Assembly (NCBI GenBank): GCA_951406725.2
Contig: OX597816.1
Span: 153,884,001-153,948,000, forward strand
Direction of reading: 5' to 3'
DNA length: 64,000 nt
Source: Octopus vulgaris
Taxonomy: Eukaryota
In this document: piece by piece, positions 53,944 through 64,000 of the stretch
How the letters are laid out: every line of letters starts with the position of its first letter
Position numbering within the stretch: position 1 is the first letter of the stretch
Notes under the pieces: generated by a model
Told to the model about the DNA's origin: nothing
Seen by the model: only the letters and a program-made list of their open reading frames with translations
Databases searched by the model: none
Position numbers and translations under genes: made by a program

Positions 53944-56024
53944 TTAAACTTAGCAGTTTGGTGTTTTATAAAAATATGGAAGAATTGTCACATTTGGCCT
54001 TGTCAGTCTCGTGTTAGATACAGTGGCTAAAAGAACCAAAGTTCAAATCCAATAACTAGTGCTGGACTGTTGTGAATTTGGCAAAACATAAGTAAATTTT
54101 CATCACCTGTAAGATTTCAATTGATTGATTTAAAGTTTTTGGTTTGGAGTACTGAGATATATTCTTAACCTTCCCAATGCTGTTTGTGGCATAAAAGAAC
54201 TAGCATCAACAAGGCAGTTCAAAACTGCAGCACAATTTTATCTTTCTGGAACTTAAAACTCTTACACTACAGTGTTAGGCCCCAAAAGAGAAGCTCTTTG
54301 TGTGTGTGCTTGCATGTTTGTTGTTTTGCTCCAAGTCAGTGTCTTGATCCAGCAGATGAAAGCTATGTCAATCCCATATTTAACCCTTTAGCATTTAAAC
54401 TGACCATATTCAGCCTAAATATTCTACTTGCATGATTATTTGAAAACAATGAGAATAAATAAACTTTACATTTGACAGTTATCTGAATGCTTAACCCTTA
54501 TGGTTAAGTGGTTCAGTATTGTGCATGCTAGCATGGAGGGCAGACATTAAATGATGATTTAAGATAGTTGGGTAAGATTTAAAAGAGATTTAGTTGCTGT
54601 TTATAGCAGGTCAGGTGATCACATAGAGGCTCTTATGTTGGCTCAACACACACACACACACTACATGTATATAGTAAAAGGATTGGACTTAGATATGTTG
54701 TGGTACAAAGCTTGATAACTCACATGGTTGAAATTTAAATAGCTACATCACCAGGATGTGCTTTTGTGTTCATCTCTAACCTTGCAGTACGTATGAGCAC
54801 ACACCCTCCTTATCAGGTTCAATTGTTATTATGGGAAAATCCAAATAATGCTTAAAGGAAATTAAACTCTACACAAAAAATAAATTTAAGTATTTGTTTA
54901 AGATGAGTGTATGTTCCATAAGCTCCATATATCTCTTAGAACAAGGAAGTACTTTACACAATATATTTCAAATCAAAAATATAGATTTTCTTTTTAATGA
55001 CCAACTATGAGGACTAAAGTAGTTATGACCACCCTTCATCAGGTTAAATTACACAAAAACAGCTTATATCAATCAACTAATCATACTTCCATCTTGTTTA
55101 CAATAAAGATAGTAGATGACAGTATGCAGTCTACAAAGAAGATTGGTTTCAGTCTCTGTCTCGTTCTTGAAAAGCTCTGCTCACAACCCGACAAAAATAC
55201 ATTGTATGTTTTAATCTGAGGAGGTAGTGCAGTCCCTACTCTTGATCTTTTTCTAAGGCCTCTTATATAGATAAATGAAATAAAGGAGGAACCATGACTT
55301 CTGAGTTGCTGTAATTGAAAGTAGTGTATCAGAGTATTGTTCTGTTTTTAGACCAGAGACTTGGTGTGTATGCTTGCTGCAGAATGGAGCAAAGTAACCT
55401 CGTGCCAGATTATTGTATTGAACCACTCTATGGATTTAGTCTACTGCTACCCAAAAAGAGGTACAGTCCTTCTGAAGTGTTTCCATCTACCCAATTTCAC
55501 TCAAAATATTGGCATCATTGCTCTAACTAGTTGGCCAAGAATATATCACATTCTATGATTAATCAGTGATGCAAGCCATTCCACTGCCAGTTCCCTTCAT
55601 TCAGGGTTGAGATTCCAAACTTTGAAATAAAGAGCTAACCAATTTAAGAACACACTCTACTCTTGTGCTAATCACATCCTGAACAGACAACCATCTACAA
55701 ACCAACTTGTGTATAATTACCATTCTATATCCTGTTGCTCTTTTAAAGTTAATAACCTCAACTTATGCAATAAACTGTGTATAATTGAACTCAATCAAAC
55801 CTCATTTCACTTTATGTGAGAAACACCTACAGCATAAAGGATCCTTTTTGAAGTCTTATGATCTTTACAACAGGATCAGTTTGCATCATTGCCAGTATAA
55901 ATGCTAATGCAACAAGCAATCACTGGATTACATGTATGAATAAGCTACTCAACTAGAAACTTCCAGTGTTCATCTAATGTCTCATTAAAAGTAAAAGAAA
56001 TTAAAAAAGAAATTGTTTGCTTAC

Positions 56025-56074
56025 TGCTGTTTCTTTGATAATCTTCTCACTTTCAGATTTTAGTTCTTCTGATG
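56025..56074 (-). CDS. Glu-rich gene exon: (A)SEELKSESEKIIKETA
   Basis: tttttttcag acceptor and gtaagc donor. Phase 1/0. Confidence 0.8.
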
Positions 56075-56857
56075 CTGAAAAAAAATAATAATGTATAATA
56101 ATGTTAGTGATGATAAGGCCGCAAATTTTTTTTGAGATATTATTATAACCAATGTAATTAATGTTAGAACATGACTATTTTCTTTACCTATACTCTACCG
56201 TTTCTACCATAAGATCCTGCAATTTTTGGTACAATACCTTCAATTTTTAGGAGAGAAGTTATTGTCACTTGAATCAGTATTCAAGCCAAATTGGTATTTA
56301 TTTTATCACTCTTAAAATAATGAAAAGCTAAGTCTACTTAAGTAGAACTTAAAATATCTTAGACATAATTGCTGCCATTCCCCTAATAGTTTGCTGTACT
56401 TTATTTGACATTATATTTCAATTTGCTTTGTTGTTAATCAGCTCTTATCAAGGAGCCCAGGGATCAAAAGCATTCTAAATTTGACCATCCTATCTTTTGT
56501 TTTATTTTCAAACATAATGTATTAAGATGCAAGGATGTCATTTGAGTGAACTTGACTGTTTCTAACAAGTTACTTAGCAATGGAGATAGTAGCTCCCTTG
56601 TTAGTATATGATTGGAGGGTGATCCAAATATCATTTCTAGCAGTTCATGCAACCATGTTGAGATTCCTACTTAAGCACATGATTTGAGGGAAATTTGGCT
56701 CCTATTTTCTTTGTAGTTTCATATTGAGAAAATTTGTGTTCAGGCTTTAATAGCAGAGGAGGATTAGTCATAATCTGATTAATGCTTTCTCAAAATTCTT
56801 TTATTTTATTCTATAGATATTCTGACTAATTAAGGTAGAATACAATCTGTTACTTAC

Positions 56858-56892
56858 CTGTTATATCCACTTCTGCTTTTACCTCTTCTTGC
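56858..56892 (-). CDS. Glu-rich gene 35-nt microexon: (K)QEEVKAEVDIT
   Basis: ctaacaatag acceptor and gtaagt donor. Phase 2/1 is required to keep frame between its neighbours. Confidence 0.75.
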
Positions 56893-57339
56893 CTATTGTT
56901 AGAAAAGTGAACATTGTATGTGTGCGTTTCATATATACAATTACAATTTCTCAAGTACTATAAATTAGATGTACATTATGACAATGGTCGTGTCAAATAT
57001 ACGAAAGTTTCATAAACAAAAATTATAAAAAGACATTACTAGTAATCCGATAGGTCTGGTTGGATAGGAATGTTTTGTTTATTAATATTAAAGATTCTCT
57101 TGAGTTTTTTATATCATATTTCAGCTTTTTCATGCAGCCTAGACAGATAACACTTTCCTCAATACATGTTCTGTTCTGAGTGTGGCCACCAACTGTACTT
57201 CCAACTTTTATGCTAGGTTTTTGTGTTTCCCTGAAATGATTCTGAGTACACCAATCATGATGGGTATACACTCAATATTGAAGGCTTATGAATATACTTC
57301 TTTTCAAATTATCATAATTTTTGTTGTTGTTGTTGTTGG

Positions 57340-57610
57340 TATTATTATTATCATTATTATTATTATTATTATTCCACTTGCCACACTGCATTTGTTGCTG
57401 ATGGTGTAATAAGATGCCGGTTGTCCACACCCAGTGGACTGAAGTAACACCTTAATTGTCATACACTTTAATAAGTATTCTAGCAGTTCCCAGAAGTGTT
57501 GTTTTCTGTAAGTGCCCCTTCCTGATGGGGTCCCTGAGTTTTTAAAAATAGTTTTCAATTCTGATGTTCACAGTACCAAATGCTCCAACAACTGGGACTG
57601 CCTCAACCAT
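57340..57610 (-). mobile_element. Dong/R4-clade LINE 3' end with (TAA)n tail
   Basis: Minus frame VPVVGAFGTV...LQKTTLLGTARILIKV is the typical C-terminus of the R4/Dong restriction-like endonuclease region. Confidence 0.8.
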
Positions 57611-57890
57611 TTCTATTACACACAAATGTTTTATCTCCTATGCTAGTAGTTATTATTACTACACAATTAGAGGAACCCAATACAAAAACAGATGTTAAAT
57701 GATGATGATGATATATATATAGGCACAGGAGTGGCTGTGTGGTAAGTAGCTTGCTTATCAACCGCATGATTCTGGGTTCAGTCCCACTGCGTGGCACCTT
57801 GTGCAGGTGTTTTCTACTATAGCCTCTGGCCGACCAAAACCTTGTGAGTGGATCTGGTAGATGGAAACTGGAAGAAGCCCATTGTATATA

Positions 57891-57934
<44 letters not shown>

Positions 57935-57936
<2 letters not shown>

Positions 57937-58592
57937 CAAATCAAATCAAAAATCAAACAAAATCAAATAGATGAACATCAATGGAATTTGTATCTTTGTG
58001 ACACACAAGAAAATCATCCGAACGTGGCCGTAGCCAGAACCGCACCGACTGGCCTCCATGCTGTGGGCACGTAACAATCACCATCCATCGTGGCCGATCG
58101 CCAGCCTAATCTGGCTCCTGTGTCGGTGGCACATAAAAAACACCATCCGAGCGTGGTCGTCTGCGCCTTGTCTGGCACCTGTGTCGGTGGCACATAAAAA
58201 CACCATCCGAGCGTGGCCGTTCGCCAGCCTCGTCTGGCACCTGTGTTGGTGGCACATAAAACACCATCCGAGCGGGCCGTTCGCCAGCTTCGTCTGGCAC
58301 CTGTGTCGGTGGCACATAAACACCATCCGAGCGTGGCCGTTCGCCAGCTTCGTCTGGCACCTGTGTCGGTGGCACATAAAACACCATCCAAGCATGCCGT
58401 TTGCCAGCCTCGTCTGCACATAAAATCACCCACTACACTCTCTGAGTGGTTGGCATTAGGAAGGGCATCCAGCTGTAGAAACACTGCCAGATCTGACTGG
58501 CCTGGTGCAGCCTTCGGCTCCCCAGACCCCAGTTGAACCGTCCAACCCATGCTAGCATGGAAAGCGGACGTTAAATGATGATGATGATGATG
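57935..58592 (+). mobile_element. RTE-tail element with the largest tandem array (about 8 units of ~60 bp)
   Basis: Repeated gtctggcacctgtgtcggtggcacataaaacaccatccgagcgtggccgttcgccagc. Confidence 0.9.
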
Positions 58593-58644
58593 ATATATAT
58601 ATACACACACACACAACATATATATATATACACACACATACATA

Positions 58645-59035
58645 CTTTTACTCTTTTCAGTCATTTTGACTGGCCATGTGGAGCACTTTAGTCGAGCAAC
58701 TCGACTCGGGACTTATTCTTTGTAAGCCCAGTACTTATTCTATCGGTCTCTTTTGCCGAACCGCTAAGTGACGGGGACATAAACACACCAAGCAATGCTA
58801 GGGGGACAAACACAGACACACAAACATACACACACACACACATATATATATATATGTACATATACATATATACGACGGACTTCTTTCAGTTTCCGTCTAC
58901 CAAATCCACTCACAAGGCTTTGGTCGGCCCGAGGCTATAGTAGAAGACACTTGCCCAAGATGCCACGCAGTGGGACTGAACCCCGAACCATGTGGTTGGT
59001 TAGCAAGCTACTTACCACACAGCCACTCCTGCGCC
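58645..59035 (-). mobile_element. SINE family A, full length, inverted relative to its host
   Basis: Minus-strand head GGCGCAGGAGTGGCTGTGTGGTAAG with B box GGTTCAGTCCC, CpG-rich. Confidence 0.9.
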
Positions 59036-60305
59036 ATACATATATATATATGTATGTTTGTGTGTCTATATTTGTTCCCCCAACATCACTTAACAACTGA
59101 TGCTGGTGTGTTTGTGTCCTCATAACTTAGTAGTTCGGCAAAAGAGACCGATAGAATTAGTACTAGGCTTACAAAGAATAAATCCTGGGGTCAATTTGCT
59201 TGACTAAAGGCAGTGCTCCAGTGTGACTGCAGTCAAATGACTGAAACAAGTAAAAGAATAAAGAATATCTATTTTTTTATGTAATGTAGCTAAATATGAT
59301 GTGTTGAAACTGATACTGGCAGCTGTAAGATCTGAACATTTGACAGAATGGTCAATAGACCAGCACTTCAACCTCATAACCATTGTACTTCCTCGATATG
59401 TTAGCTACATAATTTAAATCTTTTCCAGTCATTTAGCAGCTCTGGTAATTAAGTCAAATTCCAATATTCTACAAATAACAGCAGTTACAGAAATCCCTCC
59501 ATTTACATTTATGCATATAATTGAAACTTTTCTAATGATTAAACTCACTTTAGGCAACAGACAATAGTGTGAGAAATTATTACATTTTTGTTTCAGATTT
59601 TTATATAAATATTGCAATTTCCATTTGATGTTGTCATTTGTTCCATATAAGTTACTTTAGATTACACTAGAAATACTTGTTTCAAACTAAAAGTTTCCAA
59701 AGAAACATAAAAAGATTCAGGTATGTAAATTAGCAGATAGAATGTGAAAATATAAGAGATATGCAAGCTGGAAAAGTGGACATTAATACAATGATAAAAT
59801 ACTGTTAACCAGTGATTTGCATTTTGAAATCACATTTCAGTTTAGATATCCAAGTGTAGCATTTCATGAAAGTCTGTAAACTCATTAATCTGCCTGAAAT
59901 AGGATGCAACAACACTTCATTAATTTATTTGATACAACAGGTATTTTGAGTTAGTTATTATTGTTGTTCATTAACCCCAAGTCAGTTTTGATGAGGTAGA
60001 CTTATGTTCAAAGGTGTTCTAGCATCACCATCCTATCATTATTATTCACAGACATAGTCTAAGACCACATTATGCAGTATGAACTTCCTTCTTTGAGACA
60101 ATAGAGCATGATTTGAGAGATATTTGGCTGTTATTTTTAGCAGTTCTAGTAGCCATTTAGAGTTATTCTTTTAGCTTGGTTTTCATTAGTTGTTATTCAT
60201 CAAGCTACCCTGGTGCAAAACATAATTTCTGTGATTATGTGCTATCATACAAAGATATTTGAAATTAATCAAAACACTTTGTATTTTATGACACTAACTC
60301 TTTAA

Positions 60306-60506
60306 TCCTTTCGTTACTGTGTTTATTTTGAGATGTTCTGCGTTTCTTTCAATTACTTTAAATATAACAAAGAATTTAGTAAAATAACTTAGTTATCATT
60401 AAGTAAGTGTTAGGAACATAAATTGTGAAAGATTTTAATTCAAAATTTTTGAAAACAAGACATTTGTACCACAGAGCCAGTTTCAGCCGTGTTGGTATCA
60501 ACGGGG
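60306..60506. mobile_element. piggyBac-like MITE
   Basis: TTAA flanks, termini tcctttcgttac / gtatcaacgggg. A similar TTAA-CCC element lies near 54383-54505. Confidence 0.65.
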
Positions 60507-60694
60507 TTAAATACATCATGGCAATTATGTTTTCAATTATAATACATGACTGGTATTTATTTTTTCCACCTTGTCAGCATTTAAACTTAAGGTTTTGAGT
60601 AACAGAATTAGTCTGGCACTACCCATTCCTACCATATCATTTCCTTCACATGTGATATTATTTCTAAGAAATTTTGGTATGAAAATTAACTTAC

Positions 60695-60773
60695 TTGTTC
60701 TCTGCTTCATTTTCACTTTCTGTTGTTGATGATTCTTCTGACAAAGATAATTTTTCACTTTGTTCATCTGTAT
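60695..60773 (-). CDS. Glu-rich gene exon: (N)TDEQSEKLSLSEESSTTESENEAEN
   Basis: tcttctag acceptor and gtaagt donor. Phase 1/2 links exactly to the flanking exons. Confidence 0.8.
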
Positions 60774-60899
60774 CTAGAAGATAATTTTCATAGTTTAGCA
60801 TTCCACATTAAATATGTATTGATTTCTTTTGGATTAGGGAGAGACAAGTAAGTTGATATGAAGCTCATACTTTTCCAAAATTATTTACTGCATAATTTA

Positions 60900-61500
60900 A
60901 TTGATAGAAGTGATGACAAGTGACCAAGACCTTTGGAGATATACTGTACTTGAGAAGACCCAGCAAGCCAAATGAGACCATAACCATGGCCTATGCCAGT
61001 GCAGCATAACCAGCTCATTTAAGAGCACTCTTATATTGTTGGGCAATAAACTGTGATTGTGAAGACCTGTGAAGTCATTGTCGTGGCCGATAACAGTACT
61101 GCCTGATTGGCACCCATACCGGTGGCACATAAAAAGCACCATTTGAGTGTGATCGTTGCCAGTACCACCTGACTGGCTCCTGTGCTGGTGGCACATAAAA
61201 AGCACCATTCAAGCATAGTTGATGCCAGTACCAGTTGACTGGTTCCATGCTGGCGGCATGTAAAAAGCACCATTCAAGCATGGTCAATGCCAGTACCGCC
61301 TGACTGGCCCTCATGCCAGTGGCATGTAAAAAGCACCCACTACACTCAGAGTGGGTGGCATTAGGAAGGGCATCCAGCTGTAGAAACTTTGCAAGATCAG
61401 ATTGGAACCTGGCGCAGCCTTCTGGCTTGCTAGCCCTCAGTCAAACCATCCAATCCGTGCCAGTATGGAAAACAGATGTTAAACAACGATGATGGTGGTG
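60900..61500 (+). mobile_element. RTE LINE 3' UTR copy (4 units)
   Basis: Homologous to 3300-3780, including gacctttggagata upstream of the array. Confidence 0.88.
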
Positions 61501-62188
61501 GCGGCAGCAGCAATGATGACTGAATGAATGAATGAATGAAATAAGGTTTCAACTACAATTCCAAACCTGATTACAGACTTGGTTTGATTGCAATTTTATT
61601 TTCAGTAGCAAACTAATAAATACATATATGACAATGAGCTCTCCCATCGAAAACTATATATGAAAACTCAGTAGCAGTCACTTGTATGCAAAGCTTTGAT
61701 TTGCTTGTTCCACTAACCTTCATCACTACAGGATTTTAAGAACAGCATTGAAAGTGTTGATACTGACAACCTGCTCCAATAATGTGTTTTAAATGGAGTA
61801 AATTTGTACAGAGTCTGCTCCTAATTGTTGAAAACTCTCCTCCTAACTAACGTAAACTGAACTGCTGCACAATGTGCCATGTACCACACAAAAAGATGCA
61901 TGTTAGGGAAAGGTAGGAATACTAATCAAAGTAGACTGATGTTGATCTTCTTCACCATTCACAGTCTACATCATATATGAAGTTCCCCCTTGCCTAAGTT
62001 TATCTAGTAATGCTAAACATACACCAAAGCAGATTGCAAATGTAAACCAGAATACACAGAATAGCATACATAACTGCAATGTAATACATCAAAATTCATT
62101 GGTTAAGATTTTTGCACAGGTTTGCTAGCATAGAACATAATTGCAACTTTGAGATACTCTTCTGGAAAATTTCCACAGTAATGCTCAC

Positions 62189-62280
62189 CTTGCTAGTTGG
62201 CTGTTGATCCTATGCAAGGTCCATCTGTTCTTTAGACAGGACTTGTTTCTGTCCTGTTGGACTTTTGGTAACCCTTTTCA
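62189..62280 (-). CDS. Candidate alternative exon of the Glu-rich gene with in-frame stop: (M)KRVTKSPTGQKQVLSKEQMDLA*
   Basis: ACTAAC branch motif, tcttag acceptor and AAG|GTGAGC donor. Phase-1 entry matches the upstream exon. TAG at 62212-62210. Confidence 0.4.
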
Positions 62281-62604
62281 CTAAGATGGCGTGTCAGTTA
62301 GTTTTTGATGACCCAACCAAGTGACTGGTTGCATTAGATTACATATTACTGATAGCACACTCACAAGCAAACTGACATTACACACCCACAACCCACACCA
62401 CATATACCATATGTTTAATAAAGGTATACTTAATCTTGCAGCTTGGACTGAAGATTAAACTGACTAAATTTGTCCATTATTAAATACTAATCAAAGATCA
62501 GTTACCACTGCCTTTCAAACTGTCAAAGTTAAGAATCATATAGCCACTTATAGATACTTGAACAAAATCATGACATGCATAAAAATGGGGTTTTGCCAAC
62601 TTAC

Positions 62605-63154
62605 TGTGTGACATTCTTTTAGAATTGTATTCTTCCATTATTTCTGAGACTAAACTGCTGGTATTTTTGTCCACTTCTAGTTCAATCAGATCTTCTGCAT
62701 TGTCTTCTATGCTCACCTCCTCCTCACTTTTCTCTTCTTTCTTTTCTTCATTGTCATCATCGCTTTTATTGTCTTTGTCACTTTGGTGATCAACGTTATC
62801 TTCAACGGAGCTGGAGGTCTGATTGATATCTTCAGTTTGATCATTGTGAGAACATGGGCCTTGTTTGAGGGATAAATCCTCACCAACATCCTCTGTCAAC
62901 AAACTAACTGCTTCATTACCAGTATCTACTCCTCCACTTTGCTCTTTATCATTTGCATCTTCAATACTGCTCTTGCTACTGTCACTGCTACTACTGCTGC
63001 TTCTACTACATTTCTTGTTGTTCTTGTTTTTGACTTTATCTGTCAGAACAATTGGCACCAAATTGGTCTGTTGCTTCTTTTTGACTTCCTTGCTCTCTGT
63101 ACTTTGTTCTGTGAAGTGAACAGTGTCTTTGCCTTCATGGGAAATGAACTCTAA
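62605..63154 (-). CDS. Unidentified Glu/Ser/Asp-rich protein, large internal exon (LEFISHEGKDTVHF...EEYNSKRMSH)
   Basis: 550-nt open frame inside ORF 62498..63256, bounded by a ttctattttgcag acceptor and a gtaagt donor. Strong acidic coding bias. Phase 0/1. Confidence 0.8.
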
Positions 63155-63594
63155 CTGCAAAATAGAATTGAGAGGGAATTTAAAGATCTTAGCTGTCATA
63201 ATGGTTATGGTGATGGTAGTGGAACATTGAGGAAGAAAATGAATGGGGACAACCATTATAGAAATAGCATGTAGTCAAAGAGGTAGTGTTACCAACAATG
63301 ATTGATGTTGTGTGGACAAAGTGTGACTTTAACAATGAACTCTACTAAGAGACTGACAAAAGATTGAATGTTAGACAAACTTATACCCTTAATAAATTTG
63401 GATGAGTTCTTACATTTATATGACACCAGATCAATTCTGTAATCAAACATTTTTCTTTTTTACTTCTATGGGAATACAGAGTTCAGGCAATGTATGTTGG
63501 ACTATATTTTCTTTATGGCCTGTGTAAAATTTGGCTATTATTTCTAGCATGTCAAGCAATTACAGGACATTTTTGGTATTTATCTTAATGAATG

Positions 63595-63990
63595 AATCCA
63601 GTTTGAATGTTGAAGTCAACACCACTGGATTTGAAATTAAAATATAGTGGAGCATAATTAAATACCTTGCAGTATTTTGTTTGGCTCTCCTAAATATTTG
63701 CCAGTCTACCAGCTTAATGATAATAATAACAACAACAATAATGGTTTCAAATTTTGGTACAGGCCAGCAGATTTTAGAGAAGATTATATCAACCCCAGTA
63801 CTCAACTGGTACTTATTTTATCAATCCTGAAATGATGAAAGACAAAGTCAGCCTCAGCAGAATTGGAACTCAGAACATAAAACTTGAAACAATTATAATA
63901 ATAATAATGGTTTCAAATTTTGGCAAAAGGCCAGAAATTTCATGAGAAGGGGCTGAGTCAATTATATCGACCCTAGTGATAAACTGAGGA
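63595..63990 (-). mobile_element. Tandem SINE family B copies separated by (AAT)n
   Basis: Repeated ggtttcaaattttgg.ac.aggccagc blocks. Confidence 0.7.
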
Positions 63991-64000
63991 ACATAACTCC

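Larger units (their letters stand above)
57721..59263 (+). mobile_element. SINE family A host copy split by two nested insertions (head 57721-57885, tail 59050-59263)
   Basis: The head (GGCACAGGAGTGGCTGTGTGG..GGTTCAGTCCC) and tail together make one complete family A element. Confidence 0.8.

Noticed and set aside
57990-58430. CRISPR-like repeat-spacer appearance
   Set aside because: The intervening segments are near-identical rather than unique, the array is part of an RTE 3' UTR, the context is eukaryotic, and there are no cas genes.

Overview
AT-rich, repeat-dense eukaryotic DNA. The SINE, RTE-LINE and microsatellite content looks like an Octopus/coleoid cephalopod genome (inference). On the + strand, 11 phase-consistent GT-AG coding exons (860-44862, 1195 nt, about 398 aa) encode most of ASH2L, the Set1/MLL COMPASS subunit: PHD-like finger, winged helix, basic linker and most of the SPRY domain. 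Its 5' exon(s) lie upstream of the window. I could not find its final exons (end of SPRY and the DPY30-binding motif) in the remaining 19 kb. That region instead holds the last five coding exons of an unidentified Glu-rich gene on the - strand (63154 to 53118), which is therefore probably nested antisense in an ASH2L intron, plus a candidate stop-containing alternative exon. The introns contain decayed RTE, CR1-like, Dong/R4 and Penelope retroelements, two Tc1/mariner relics, hAT, piggyBac and mariner MITEs, at least two tRNA-derived SINE families and long microsatellites. Notable structures are an RTE 3' tail with a variable ~60-65 bp hairpin repeat array, a tRNA-headed element carrying a Penelope-type hammerhead core, and a nested stack of inverted SINEs. 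Most ORFs in the supplied track are spurious. All assignments were made by eye with no database searches, and repeat boundaries are approximate.
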